Positions 43,874-58,345 of a stretch of 64,000 nt of DNA are shown in pieces (the stretch's first letter is position 1; the number at the start of each line of letters is the position of its first letter). The stretch spans positions 38,502,001 to 38,566,000 of the forward strand of contig OZ024751.1 in the NCBI GenBank assembly GCA_964016885.1, written 5' to 3'. Under the pieces are notes generated by a model, which worked only from the letters and a program-made list of their open reading frames with translations, was not told the origin of the DNA and searched no databases. Position numbers and translations under genes: made by a program. This stretch comes from Eledone cirrhosa (taxonomy: Eukaryota).

Positions 43874-44219
43874 ATAATAATAAATTTGAAGACTAAAATC
43901 CAAAGGGGGCTCAGTTTTAGTTTTAATTTTTACCGGTTGCGCATTTCTTATGCTTTTCAAAAATAAATTTGAGATAGAATGCTCGGGATTTTTGCTCTAA
44001 TCTGATTAGAGCAAAAATCACGAGCACTCTATCTCAAAATTATTTTTGAAAAGCATAAGAAATACGCAACCGGTAAAAACTTAAAACTAAAACTGATACT
44101 AACTAATACTTATGACTAATTTATACGTATTCCTAATAAAACTATTTTTCACTGGGAAAAATGTGTCACCATTTTCTTTTGCTTTTTACTAATATATCAC
44201 AACTCGTGTGTCACATCTC

Positions 44220-44225
<6 letters not shown>
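43870..44225. mobile_element. Composite fold-back insert: 43-bp family B tail, 92-bp-arm palindrome, tail
   Basis: 43870-43912 matches 721-763; arms 43911-44002 / 44004-44096 around T44003; (TA)n on both sides. Confidence 0.8.
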
Positions 44226-44258
<33 letters not shown>

Positions 44259-44477
44259 CGTTTCTGAATTTGTTTAGCAAGATTCTTTATCTGAAATCGT
44301 GTGTTGAAACCGATATTGTTATACTTTGGGAGGGTCATGTTGCCAAAAAGAAACACACGCCCAGTTGCTGTCACTTCAATTTATTATATATTTATAAATT
44401 TATAAATTTACAAATCTACAAATCTATAAATTTCTGGTTGGTTGGTTGGTTCCACAACCAGATAGTTGTTTATATAT

Positions 44478-44522
44478 AGTCATAGTCCTTTCATCACACA
44501 CTATGTGACCTCTTCAGTGACT
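44478..44522 (-). ncRNA. Minimal type I hammerhead in the PLE pLTR
   Basis: AGTCA-CTGAAGA-G-GTCACA-TAGTG-TGTGAT-GAAA-GGAC-TA-TGACT. Confidence 0.8.
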
Positions 44523-44730
44523 GGGGATTCCTTTCTTTGTTTCTGTGCCTTTCCTTTCTTCTGTCCTACGCCATTTTGTTTCTGTGTGTGTGTTGTGTGC
44601 TCAGTTTGCGCATGCCCCACATCCGGGAGTCTGTGTGTGTTTGTGTTCATTTATCTATTTGTTTATTTATTTACATGTTGTTGGTTGGTTGGTTGTTTGT
44701 TCTATGTGTGTGTGTGTTTTCATGTTGTCC

Positions 44731-45456
44731 TTAATTGTAAGTTGTGATGTTGCTGTTCCACTCATATTTTCTATTTAATTTTGGTTGTAATTCTTTTATG
44801 CTTACTGCCTCTGTAATTTGCCTAAACATTGCATCTTTTCTGTGCTTGGATTCTATTTTTATTTCTATGTTCTCTAATTTACCCTTGTGTTCTATCTTAG
44901 CATGTTGGTAGAGTACAAATGATTCTTTATTATCTTGAAGGTCTCGCCAGTGTTCATTTATCCGTTCCCCTATACTACGAGCTGCCTCACCTATGTACAC
45001 TATATTTTTGTTTCTACATTGTCCTTCAGTACATCTTATGCTATACACTACATTTCTAGTTTTACAGTTAATACGGGGGCTTATTTTACAGGTTATACAT
45101 TTCTTATCTATACATGATGGTCTTTGGAACGGGTATGTCTTGCTGATAAGTGTTTTTACGGAGGTACCTGGTCTTTCTACTATCTTAATATTGAGTTTAT
45201 GTTTATTTAGGGCCCTTCTAAATTTGTAGGCTAGTTCGCCTCTAGGGGTTGTATTGATGAACATTACACTCTGGTATTTATTGCTATCATACCATGAGTT
45301 TATTCTATTGGCCTTGTTCCTAGTTCTCTCTATTCTATTCCAAAATTTGCTCCTATACAAGGGGCAGGTCCCATTTATGTCATTATTTACCATTTTTTCC
45401 CATTTGGTTCTGGCTCCTCTATACACTCTGATTCTATCTCTCTGATTGTAGCCAGA
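44731..45456 (-). pseudogene. PLE polyprotein C-terminus: RT thumb end, Cys-rich linker, GIY-YIG endonuclease (241 uninterrupted codons; Naiad-like pattern)
   Basis: [83 protein letters not shown]. Confidence 0.9.
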
Positions 45457-45571
45457 GAAATTTATAGATTTGTAGATTTGTAAATTTATAAATTTATAAA
45501 TATATAATAAATTGAAGTGAAAGTAACTGGTGCGTGTGTTTCTTATTGGCAACATGACCCTCCCAAAGTAT

Positions 45572-45701
<130 letters not shown>

Positions 45702-45736
45702 GTATGTATGTATATATATATGTATGTATGTATATA

Positions 45737-45847
<111 letters not shown>

Positions 45848-45889
45848 TAGAAAAAAGATAATCTGTGTTGCGACGAAAGGAATTTATTG

Positions 45890-45984
45890 GACATATTACA
45901 ATTGTTTCTCGGGCGACCAGCTCTAGGCACGATAGATGTGGTGATCAAACCTGACTCTGAAATCCCGTGGTCCTCGGATACGTC
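45890..45984 (-). ncRNA. Hammerhead fold with CCGAGGA core and long loop II, in a ~165-bp insert between (TA)n arrays
   Basis: GACGTAT-CCGAGGA-CCA-CGGG-[~50 nt]-CCCG-A-GAAA-CAATTG-TA-ATATGTC; 7-bp stem I. Confidence 0.7.
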
Positions 45985-46011
45985 TCGATTCTATGGGGCA
46001 GATTTTGCTAT

Positions 46012-46109
<98 letters not shown>

Positions 46110-46408
46110 AAGCTCTTAACTAAATCCATGTATTAAGAAAATATCTAACCCTTAGTCTTCATGCTGTTGCTGAGGATAATGTGTTAAAGTATACTTGCAT
46201 TACTCTGCATTTTACATTGTTTAACTAGAAACAGTATTTCTCACTTCACTTGGTTGTGACCAGTTCACATGGTAAACAGGTGCTTTAAACGTTTCGTTCT
46301 TCCCATGATCAATCCTTTTAAACCGAATACTTTCTCTTTTCTTTCATATTTCGTCAATGTATTGATAACAAATAATGATATAAACTATTCCAATAAAATC
46401 ATAAATAA

Positions 46409-46409
<1 letters not shown>

Positions 46410-46456
<47 letters not shown>
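46410..46456. repeat. (TAA)n microsatellite
   Basis: Direct reading. Confidence 0.9.
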
Positions 46457-47193
46457 CATATCAGTAATAAATAAGTACAAAACCAAATAAACAAGAAATG
46501 CATCGGCATGAAGGTGGCAGAACAAATGCTTAAAACATATTTTTTAAAAATACTTCATGAAATATATGAGAATTACCTTTACAAAAAAAAAAAAAAAGGC
46601 AAGACATAAAAGTACAAGCAAAAATATAGGAGCGATATATGTAACTATAACAAACATGACAAGTATTAAAAAGGTATTACTGTAGTATAATGGAGAAGAA
46701 ATATACTTCTATTCTAAGTGGCTCCCCTCTTTTGATGATAGCAGGTGGTAGAAAATCTCTTAGATAACAAATGACTTTTAGTAAGGCTATGATATGATTT
46801 TTTCTTACTTCTTTCATTGATGTGCGACATTCGTAAACGAAAGTTAAAATTACAAATAACAAATAAATCAAATTCATTTTTTTTCTATTTTCGATTTTTT
46901 TTCTCTAGAAACAGTTTCGTCGCATTAGTTGATATCAAACCGATATTTCTATAAACTTCCTCCTATATATTTATTTATTGTATGCTAAGAAATTGCATAC
47001 AGTAGGAAGTGGAATAATGGGCTTTTTTCAGTATTAGGCCAGGTGTGAAGCCTTGCGTTCAATTACAACTTTATAGCGTCTCTATAACTTACAATTTGTA
47101 CACATACACACGTGTATATATATATATATATATATAGTTCATAATCTTTTGAGGATTTCATAATTTTGCCAAATGCACACAAGCACGGATATA

Positions 47194-47355
<162 letters not shown>

Positions 47356-47914
47356 GAGAGAGAGAAAGAGGTGGAGAAATAGACAGAGAATGTTTGCATT
47401 TGAAAAAGTGAAATAGATTTATACATATTGAGTCAAATCAATACACAGACAATGTGTGAATACTATATTTATGCTTTATGCTTTATGTGTGTGTCTGTTC
47501 ATGAATGTATATCTATATGACAGACGTACAAACACATGTGTGTAAACGACATGAAATTCTTTGTCTGTGTTCGTGTGCTTATATAAGTATATCTCTGTGT
47601 ATGTTTATTGGTGATTAGGTTTCATCGAGTCGATTCAATACTAAACAGAAAAGGTTTCTCTACAAGTATTCTCTCTTAGAAATTCCTGTACAGACAAGTC
47701 TTTATCTTCTTGATCTTCATTTTCCAATATAAATCTTGCTGAGATATACAATAGGGCACTTCAACAAAATTCTACACATCATAGTCTTTTTCTCTACCAT
47801 TATCACAAACAACCACACGCTCACATACATATAATATATATACTCACACATACTATTTCCATATTTAGATAAACATGTCTATTTGTTCAATATTTTGTTT
47901 TTGCTTTTGTTAGA

Positions 47915-48100
47915 TAAGACATGATCAAGCACACCTGTAATAGCATGGTTCTATCCATGACCATCCTGTCATTTTTAATATAAAAAATTCTACTATCCAA
48001 TGTGCATCGACTTCTTGAATCCTTTACGCTGTGATTTGAAGTAAATGTGCTGTTATTTCTAACACATCTATCAACAATATTAAACCTCTTCTCGTTGGGT
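47915..48100 (+). repeat. Old dispersed repeat, unclassified
   Basis: CAT(G/A)ACCATCCTGT shared with ~26796-26810; ATTTGA..GCTG(T/C)TAT(T/A)TCTA(A/G)CA shared with ~26430-26461. Confidence 0.4.
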
Positions 48101-49289
48101 AAAACTTTTCTCAGTGTAGATATCCTTCATACTAAGTAATCCCTTCCATTTTAGTGGCTTTATTTCCTTGTTTCGGCTGAGCCAGAAAACAATATTACTT
48201 TGCATGTATCTATTTTTATATGTTTTACTGTTTATAGACAAAGCATAGAATAATATACATTAATATAAACAAATTAAACACATGTATTGAAATCTCTTTC
48301 AACCATCAACGTTAGGATCTTCGATGGAAATAAACACACATTAATAATAAACTAGAATCAAAACTATAGTATCATAAATAATTAAACATTAAAGACGTCA
48401 CTAGCCATAAAAAAGAAAACATGAAACAACAATAATAACAATGAAAATAATATAAGATTTGGGACAGGTGTAGAATGAAACAAATGTAAAAAAAAACAGT
48501 TTTATTCTAGTGTCATTTATCTTGATAGCTCGCTAAAACCTCCACGTGTTACTCTCACAGTTTAACAGCAAACTTACTGGAAACGATATACATAGAAAAC
48601 AATAGCAATAAAATCAAACACCAATAAGGAAAAAAGTTTTAACGGCCCAATGAATTTTAGACTAAACGGATTTCACAAAATCGTCTTAGCATCACGACTA
48701 TCATTAAATACGAGAAAGTTGATAAATTTGTGTCATTTGACATCCAATTCAAGCAATTGCTTTCAATTATCTTCGACTGCCTATGATAATCAATCAAGTT
48801 AAAATTCTATCGATTTATTTTCGTGTCAGCTTTTATATTTTCTTTGTTTTTGTTTAATCTTAATTTTTTTTCCTCAATTTGTTCTGTTTGCTTTTCCTCC
48901 AGACTCAAAACAATTTTTTTTAATGAAATCATTATTTAATATTCACAGTTATAATTCATTACACTATGGCTTAATTAAGTGGATATGACAATCTATGCAG
49001 TGCATTTCCATTTTAATATAACGTTCAGATTTCAATTACGTGGCCATAGCATGACATGACAATGTTGTTTAGAATATCATAGCAAATATATTTTAGGCGT
49101 GCAAGACATTAAGCCAAAGAGGGTGTGGGAGTGGGGTAAGATAAATACAGATAGAGTTATAGAGAAGGATGGGAAGACAGAGAGATTGATATATATATAT
49201 ATATATGTCTGTCTGTGTGTACGTGCGTTTGTAAAGATTTCTCTATATAATCATATTTTTCAAGTAATGTTTTATAAACAAACGTATAC

Positions 49290-49426
<137 letters not shown>

Positions 49427-51420
49427 CCATTGCTGCTTCAATCAATGAAATAATGACTTACAGCAAGCTCTGTATTAGTCAAATATTAAACGATTAATGA
49501 TAATCAAGTAGGAAAGGGTCAAAGTACTGACGTATATACGGATATTACCATATACATATTTTAATATAAATAAGTAAAAATAAATACCTATTTATGCATA
49601 TAAACTTCTCATTATACATTAAGTTTTATTCTATAGCAGTATGCACTCCTTGGATCAGTTCCATATGCTAAAGAAACATTCAAGAAGAATAGTGAATATA
49701 CGTATGCATATGTATCAAGCACACACGAAACCAGACATGAACCCGAAAACACACACCATATATATAGTCTATATTTTGAAAACAGTATTGCTTAGTGATT
49801 TGATGTTTGATGCTTCGTCTAAGTTGAGGGTCATGTATTTGATTTGGGTGACACTTAGCAAGGGTCCCATAATTTGAATAGAAACTTCTAGCTAGTGGAA
49901 GTGACCATCTGCCTTACTCTTCTCACAGTATATATATTTATATATGTATATATTCATGCATATTACACTGCGTAGACTGTTTCCCTTTGAAAGGTTGATA
50001 GTACGATGGGTCTCTTTCAAAATATGATTAGACTGGGGAAAGTTTAGTATATCTATGCTTTTAATAGAGAGAGGAATGGCTTTCATTTTTAATATATGTG
50101 TAAAAGGATTTATCCTGGGTGGTATAATGTTTTTTTTTTGCATTCATTTCCTTTTTATAGTTGTCACTGTTGTTTAGTTTCTTAATGTGACCAGTTTGAA
50201 ATAATTTATTTCATTCCATTTGGTGGTTCATAGTTTCTCCGAAAGGTCATTGGAGTAAGATTATTCGATAGATGGCGTAGCGGAGATATCAGAGATTCAC
50301 TCGAGGTAGAGTCACTATTATAGATGACAATTAAATATCAAACCAGATTTCATTATTTTTCTATTTGCTTGCATCATCCAATCCTTCTCGACTAGTTTAC
50401 CTCCTTCAAATATAATTCTCTTATCTATTTACTTTATCAATCTTAATTAATGAAACGAACGGCTCTAAGTAGACACGAACACTTGACCGATGAGATGTAA
50501 ACGTGTTAAAATATCAATTTAGCCACAACTCATTATAGAGATATATACAAACAACCTTTACAACAGGAACAACAATAAGAAAAAAAGACGATAATACAAT
50601 GCAGCATCATAAACCGCTACTCTTTGATATCAAACATTTACATTTAAAAGTTATAATTATAGATGAAGTTAACAAAATTAGTTTATTTTATTTTTTTATG
50701 TCTCACGTAGAAATATTTACGTTTAAACGATGCCAATAAAAGATTCTTTAAATTCAAATTATAATTAAGTTTTTGATTCAAACATTTTTTCTGCTTTCTC
50801 TATGTTTAATAATGACTTAATAATAATGCACCTGCGTTGGAATTTGTAGCATTCTAAAGAAGAAAATTATACACGAATATAAAGCAACGTTGTGCATGTT
50901 AGCCAAAATTTATAAAAGAAGAGAACCAATTTAGAGAATATATATATAAAAAAACAACACACACAGCAGTATGATAGTAGCATGCTGAACATTTCTGGCA
51001 GTCACAGGTGTACAGCAAGCTTTAATAGATAGATACAACGGGATAATTGTTTCCACTTCTTGATTTAGAAATACGAAACTGAAAAATTATAAAGAGATAA
51101 AAATATAAAGATATATAGAAAAGGAAGAATCAGTGAGTGATATTGGCCATGCAATTTATTTCATGGAGAAGTAAATTAATAGTTTGAATGTAAGGAGACA
51201 TGTCTCGTTCGTTCTCACAATTCCTTTCACTTTCATTATACACGATCAACCAGCAAAACACCCGCACATACATTATATATATATATATATATGTAGGAGG
51301 TTAGTTTTATTGTAGTACAATAAAGCAATGCAGATATCGGATAAGAAGCACTCTACAGTTTGTAGGACTGGAGGATACATAATATATAAGATCTAAAGAT
51401 GGTTAAAAGAGTTCCATGTA

Positions 51421-51487
51421 TTTTATTATGCGCATTTCAAAAACAAATATCATCATGCACTAACATTTGTGTTTTCATCAGATAAAA
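51421..51487 (-). ncRNA. Type I hammerhead ribozyme (left arm)
   Basis: TTTTAT-CTGATGA-long stem II-GAAA-TGCGCA-TA-ATAAAA. Confidence 0.85.
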
Positions 51488-51594
51488 GAGGAAGACATGA
51501 TATGAAGGTTAAAAAAACACTTGTGGATAGTGCATATGTTGATTTAAAACTTTACTATCCACAAGTGTGTTTTAACCTTCATAGCATGTCTTCC

Positions 51595-51665
51595 TATTTT
51601 ATCTGATGAAAATACAAATGTTATTGCATGATGATATTTGTTTTTGAAATGCGCATAATAAAATA
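51595..51665 (+). ncRNA. Type I hammerhead ribozyme (right arm)
   Basis: TATTTTAT-CTGATGA-AAATACAAATGTTA-TTGCATGA-TGATATTTGTTTTT-GAAA-TGCGCA-TA-ATAAAATA; predicted cleavage after 51657. Confidence 0.88.
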
Positions 51666-51695
51666 CATGGAACTCTTTTAACCATCTTTAGATCT

Positions 51696-51793
<98 letters not shown>

Positions 51794-51813
51794 GCTTATG
51801 TATATATGCATAT

Positions 51814-51844
<31 letters not shown>

Positions 51845-52384
51845 GCTTATGTATATATGCATATATGTACATACATATATATATATATGCTTATGTTTAT
51901 ATGCATATATGTACATGCATACATATATATGCTTATATATATGCATATATATGTACATACATATATATATGCGTATGTATATATGCATATATAAACATAT
52001 ATACACACACACATATATATATATATATATTTATATATATACACATACGCAAAATATAGGTAAAGTGTGGGTATGTATGTCTATACATATATAGTTAACT
52101 AATACATTTATGTAAAAGTTCAAAAGTAAAGAAAGTGACTTACACAAATTATATATGGTTATGGATACTCATTTATTTGTGTAATTATGTCTAAACACAT
52201 ATATCTCACCATGAGTGTGTGCAGATGTGTGTGTGTAGATATGTGTGCTTGTACTAGCGATAGCGCTAACACATTGCAATACAAAATAAAGACGTATGTG
52301 AACCAATATACAATGTGTGGGTGTATGATATGGCCACAATTAAGTAGTTTCGGCTGTGATCATATTACATTGCCCTATGTATTT

Positions 52385-52420
<36 letters not shown>

Positions 52421-53003
52421 CCTTCCACTGTCATTATTTTTACATCACTGTAACGATTTCGTGAAATTAAAAAGAAAAGTCCTTGTGTTTTTCCATACCA
52501 TATTAACATATCTAATGCGAATTAAATAATATAATTCACTGGCGATACATTCCTTGATTTCTTTATTTGACTTCTTGTGTGTTTTTGGCTTCCTTTCAGT
52601 GAAGTATTTCCATGTAGATATATATTATATTTTGTGGTCCATTTCTTAAATAATTATTCAAGTAACGTTTAAATGAAATAATTAATCATTAGTATATTCT
52701 TCGCTGAATATGTTTTATTATAATGTATTTATTCGATAATATTTTAAAGTTAAAGGCAACATAGAATAGGGAATAAATGAAATAGGAAACACAGGAGAAA
52801 GAACACTCATCACACGGGATGTATGAAGAAAAAGATGAGACAATTAAATAAGAAAGAAAGAGCCTAGTTCTATATAAACTGATGAATGGATTAGATGCTC
52901 AACCAATAATAAACTGGTGCGTTTGTTTACTGGCAGTGTGACTCTCCGAAATTTTAAGCATATATATATATATATATGCTTATCTCTCTCTCTCTCTCAC
53001 CCA

Positions 53004-53035
<32 letters not shown>

Positions 53036-54911
53036 CTCATATATATATATATTTCTATCTAAACATAGCAGCAAACGAGAATAAGATTTACGCTGCCTAC
53101 ACAATAAACTATAAAAAGTAGAAATTGCCTGTGTTTGAACAACAATTGATTTTGCAACAATATAACTGTTGTTATTCTTGTTATGATACTAGCAAATTTC
53201 TAACATACGACATCTAATCGTATTGCAAGCTCGATGATCTTGGTGGTACTTTACGAAGATAATACACATGCTAGATGCTATAGTTAAAGTTCAAAGGCAA
53301 TGAACAAATCGAAAGAAATTACACTGTGGACATAAAATTCTTCTCGCTCCAACAAGTATAGCTGGTCATAAAAATCAAATAGCTACTTAGAATGACGACT
53401 CCATACAAAGAACGTCTATGGAAGGAGTGTTTGTCGTAAAATATTTGGCCATAAATTTACCACCGAGGTGAAAGTGGCATAGAACGCAAGCGTCACTCTG
53501 ATGTTAAAGTTTACAATGGACACATTAATATAGCTTTCCTTGAACAATCTTGTCACGTTGCACTCATGCAGTTATGTTTTTCCTAGCTATATAGCTAAGA
53601 TAATAAACTGACTTGAAAATATATACTTTACTCTTCATTCGACCTTTTAACATTATTTTAACTACAAATATTTTATTGTTAATTTCGGGTGGGGAGAGAG
53701 TTAAAAGATTAATTATATTTTAATTGCGAATTTGTGGTTTATTTTGTTGATTTAAACTTTGAGAATATTTTTTAACAAAAGGGATTTATCAATGACATTC
53801 GGAGTGAAATAAATGTTGTAAAATCTCAAAAACAATTTTTTTAAAACTATATTAATTTCTTTTTAAGATATACATGGTATATATCCATTTCCATGTGTCA
53901 AAAGTGCCATGATACTTTTATGGATAGTTGGCAAGTTGGCATGGTTGAATTTCTAGAATTTCTTTCCTCTTCAGCAGAAACTTTTCAGTTTGAGAAAATT
54001 CAATATTATTAGGAAATTGTTAAAGGAACTCTGCAAATGTTTGATGAGATTGACCTGTGGGTCAAAAGATTTAGATAATCTGATCACATGCCAAAATTGT
54101 TAACCTCTTCCAACGCTAAGAAAGCACTTTACATTCACCAAATTGATTCACGTTAAATGTCTATAGACTTCTCATAATTGTAATGGCTCCATACAACGCA
54201 TATTTCGGAGTCGGTCAAAGAATATGAATCGTTTATTCTCAGTCTTTTCAATAACGTTAACAATAGAATGCTTAATGCATGTCATTGCATGAGTTGAACC
54301 TCGTCAATGTTTATTAATGATTTGTCAGAAATGTCTATATTACAAATATATTATAGTTTTAGGTAAATAGTTATTCTAATGTGTCTCTTGTTTAATAACA
54401 AAATATCAGCTATTTTCCTTATGTTTAATTAAATCCGATCATATGGCTCAATACGATTATTACACAGAGCTGATGTAACATTTGACTCCCATCTAAGGAA
54501 ATACTTAACGTATTTACGTTAGGATTCCAAAGTAGATTTACACATTGAAGACACCTTTCGCTTTATTATCGTAGTGTGAGAATATTCTTTAATGAACTAT
54601 AGGACCCACGCAGTAATTATGCCAAACTACTCATTAACAGAGGCATTGAATCGTCTGTATTCACATTAGTATCCCAGCTGCAAATCAGGACTGCGAAACA
54701 TATTACTAGTAAAAATAAACAAATATTATAAGGAATTACAATATTCCTATTATTTACGTCGCTGCTGAAATATATGTCTAACCACTGATTTATATATACA
54801 CACATACAGTTCACATATATACACATACATAAACACCCCTACGCATATATATATATAGCATACAGTATACATACACACACAAACAAACATATGCATATAT
54901 ATATATATATA

Positions 54912-55096
54912 TATATTATTCAAAATATTATCAAATGAAATATAATCTCATAATCAAAATATATATTTCATATATATTTCATTTGTTAATATTTTGAATA
55001 ATATAAAAAAAGTCCAGGAAAACCTCTTGTTGAGTGCTTTTAATCTATTGTAAAATTGTATTCATTGAGTAATCAACGAACTATACTAATCTGTGG

Positions 55097-55098
<2 letters not shown>
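54912..55098. mobile_element. Small fold-back insert between (TA)n arrays
   Basis: 33-bp arms 54912-54944 / 54973-55005, plus right-hand tail to (TA)n. Confidence 0.6.
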
Positions 55099-55131
<33 letters not shown>

Positions 55132-55203
55132 TTGTAATAAAATGAAAACGAAATTTCATTTCTCACTCTTATATATATATATATATGTGTGTATATATAT
55201 ATA

Positions 55204-55396
<193 letters not shown>

Positions 55397-55458
55397 AGAC
55401 TAAATAAAATAGTTTAATATCGGGGAATATAAATTCACTTAACTTTATTAGTGTATTA

Positions 55459-55675
55459 GGGAGGTGGATTGACAGAATCGGTAGAGCGTCGGACACCATA
55501 CTTTGCAACGTAGAGTTACGGCCGTTTAGGGTGTGAGCTCAAATCCCGCCGAGGTTAGCTTTGCCTTTCATCCTTACGAGATTGATTAAATAAAGTACCA
55601 GTAATGCACTGGGGTTGATTTAATTGACATTCCCCTACCCCCAAATTGCTGGCCTTGTGCCTATAGTAGAAATCA
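55459..55675 (+). mobile_element. tRNA-derived SINE, full length, long-body subfamily
   Basis: A/B boxes, core, extra ~31-bp segment before the tail; 14-bp TSD TTATTAG(T/A)GTATTA. Confidence 0.92.
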
Positions 55676-56528
55676 TTATTAGAGTATTAAGTTTCGAGAG
55701 ATATTATGGTGAAACCTTTTTCTCTTCGGGGTTTGAAACTACGCTCGCCGCTTACTAAGCATACTTCCACTTATATATATTTTATGTGGGTGTGTGTGTG
55801 TGTGTGTATGTGTGTGTATGTGTGTGTGTATATATATGTATGTATATATACATATATACCCTATGTGAATAATCAGTCTTTGTAATAGATCATAGCGCAG
55901 TGCTAGTGATAAGGTCAAAATGGTCACCCTTTCTCTTCAGTTCGTAATTGACCAACGAACCCAGCAAACTGCATAAATACAGTTAATGGAAATACAATTA
56001 CTAAAGAGTAATTCATTAATTCAATTTAGCTAAATGAACTTACAAATTAATACCAGTATTTCTGAGGTTTCCCACTAAGCACAATCTAATCAATTTCAAT
56101 GAATTTCATTAATTGTTAACTGGAATACTACTTCGTATGCTAGATAGAAAACTTAATTATTTTTTAGACATAAAACAGTTCATAAGAAGGAAATGAGTAT
56201 CTGAGATATCGTATATCTATGGGTATTTCTGTTGTATAATTTAGTATTCTAGAGAAAGATATCGGTAAGGAAATAGGCGTTACTGGTGTATATTTTACGG
56301 AGTTAGTAAAACATCATTAGCGTATATCTATGCGTATATTACTAGTGTATATTATAGAGCTGAATAAATGATAAAATCAAATATTTTCTACTATTAAGTC
56401 AAACATGAGTATCGAACCCACATCCAACATACCATGTTTCTCTTAAATATATTCATTTTTTTTTATATAACTCGGGGAAATAGTTTTTGCTTTTATAAAA
56501 ATTATGTGGTTTCTGATTATGCCTACTA

Positions 56529-56649
<121 letters not shown>

Positions 56650-57127
56650 TATATATATATATGAATGTGTGTGTGTGTATGAATATATATTTATATATTA
56701 TACATACACACACACACAAACACACATATATATATATACACCTTGCATATATATATATACATATAAACATATGCATTATGTGAAACATTTACAGACATTA
56801 CGCAAGGTAATTAAAATAATTGTTCCTTCTCATGAACAAAATTCTTAGAAATAAAAACAGAAAGAAATGTCGTATTATATAAAGTTGTTATCTGAAATAG
56901 ATTAGGTTTCTTAAGGAATCATATTGAATGAGCTATTAAAATAAATACTGCATTGAAACTCTCTTTATCTAATAATAAAACTGCAATATTACAAAACATT
57001 ACCCCAGGCCACTATATATAATTATACCACGACCAGGCGCAAAGGCAAGGACGCATGTGAACGTGTATGTTTTTGTGCGAGTGTGTAGAAATATGAAATA
57101 TATTTATATATATATATATATTTTTAT

Positions 57128-57170
<43 letters not shown>

Positions 57171-57252
57171 CAGATATATACATATATACATACAGATGCA
57201 TACATATATATATATATATATGTGTCTGTGTATATATATATATATATGTATG

Positions 57253-57346
<94 letters not shown>

Positions 57347-57999
57347 CATATATACACATTCATATACATGTATATATACATCTATGTGTGTAAAGAGAAA
57401 AAAAACATTTAAAATAAAATATCCATTTTTCGTCACTTCGTGGGAATATGCAGCTGAGACCAAATCAGCACCGAATATTGCGAAATCATCTAGACACACT
57501 GCAGCAAGTCAGGCAATAAATCTGAATAATACGTGAAGAAGTTACACCCTACGTTATCTCATAAGAATCAACACAAAACACAACCCAGTATTATATTGTG
57601 ATTGTTGATACATCATCATGCATTCCTACAAGAAAGTTTACCTCATGTCTCTCTCATTTAATTGAGATTGGTTCAGATCTTATTGCAGGGTTGTGATGCA
57701 AATATACGTTTTTGTTGTTTTACGGTAAGAATTTATCCGTGGCTTAGGAGTTATTTTATTTTAGATTATTTCAGTTCATGACGCTAGCAAAAATATCCAA
57801 CTTTATCACAAACTCAGTTATTTTTTATTCCTCCGAGAAATTAGGAAAAGCCATACGTATCTGGAGAAGGCTCCACCTCTTACAACTTTTATCGCTAAGC
57901 ATTTTTCCGATGATCTATAAATTCTTCTAGGCCGAAACCCTTAATGACTTCTAAACTAGGCTTAAGTCCAGCAACTTTTGAAGGAAATGGAAAGTTGAT

Positions 58000-58345
58000 T
58001 ATATCGATTCTGGTGCTTGAAAGATTTTACCGAGATTGGAATGATGAAAGTGAAATTGACCTCAGTAGGATTTAAAGTAAGAATGTGAAGAGCCAGAACA
58101 CATACTGATAATAGTTTCTCCGAAGCTCTAGCAATTCTGAAAACCCACCGCACACCATTCTTAGATTAAAGAATCATTTTGAACGTAAACATTTGAAGGG
58201 TTCGTCTGGTATCTTATTCTATATAATCCCCAAGGACCAATGACAAAGTTAGTTTCGGTGGGATTTGAACTGAGAACATATAAAGCCGTAACTAGATACA
58301 GCAAATCATTTTAATAGACCTGCTAATGATTCTACTAATTCCATC
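58000..58345 (-). mobile_element. Two highly diverged tandem SINE copies
   Basis: CTGGT..ATGAAAG..AAATTGACCTCAGTAGGATTTAAA and CTGGT..ACAAAGTTAGTTTCGGTGGGATTTGAACTGAGAAC. Confidence 0.6.

Larger units (their letters stand above)
51293..51704. mobile_element. Fold-back insert with ~150-bp arms, one hammerhead per arm, between (TA)n arrays
   Basis: Arms 51380-51531 / 51554-51704 differ at only a handful of positions; 22-nt spacer; left arm extended by a tail to the TA run ending at 51292. Confidence 0.92.

Noticed and set aside
44523-44730. SECIS element in the 3' UTR of the Naiad-like PLE
   Set aside because: No AUGA..AA..GA kink-turn stem could be traced and the retained ORF has no in-frame UGA; SECISearch would settle it.
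53920-54330. Possible decayed hAT transposase or host exon
   Set aside because: Only vague motif resemblance, with stops in the frames read; cannot be supported without BLASTx.
54945-54990. Minus-strand CAAATGA..GAAA-TATATA-TT as a hammerhead
   Set aside because: Two core mismatches, the stems are low-complexity AT, and the orientation is inconsistent with the tail.
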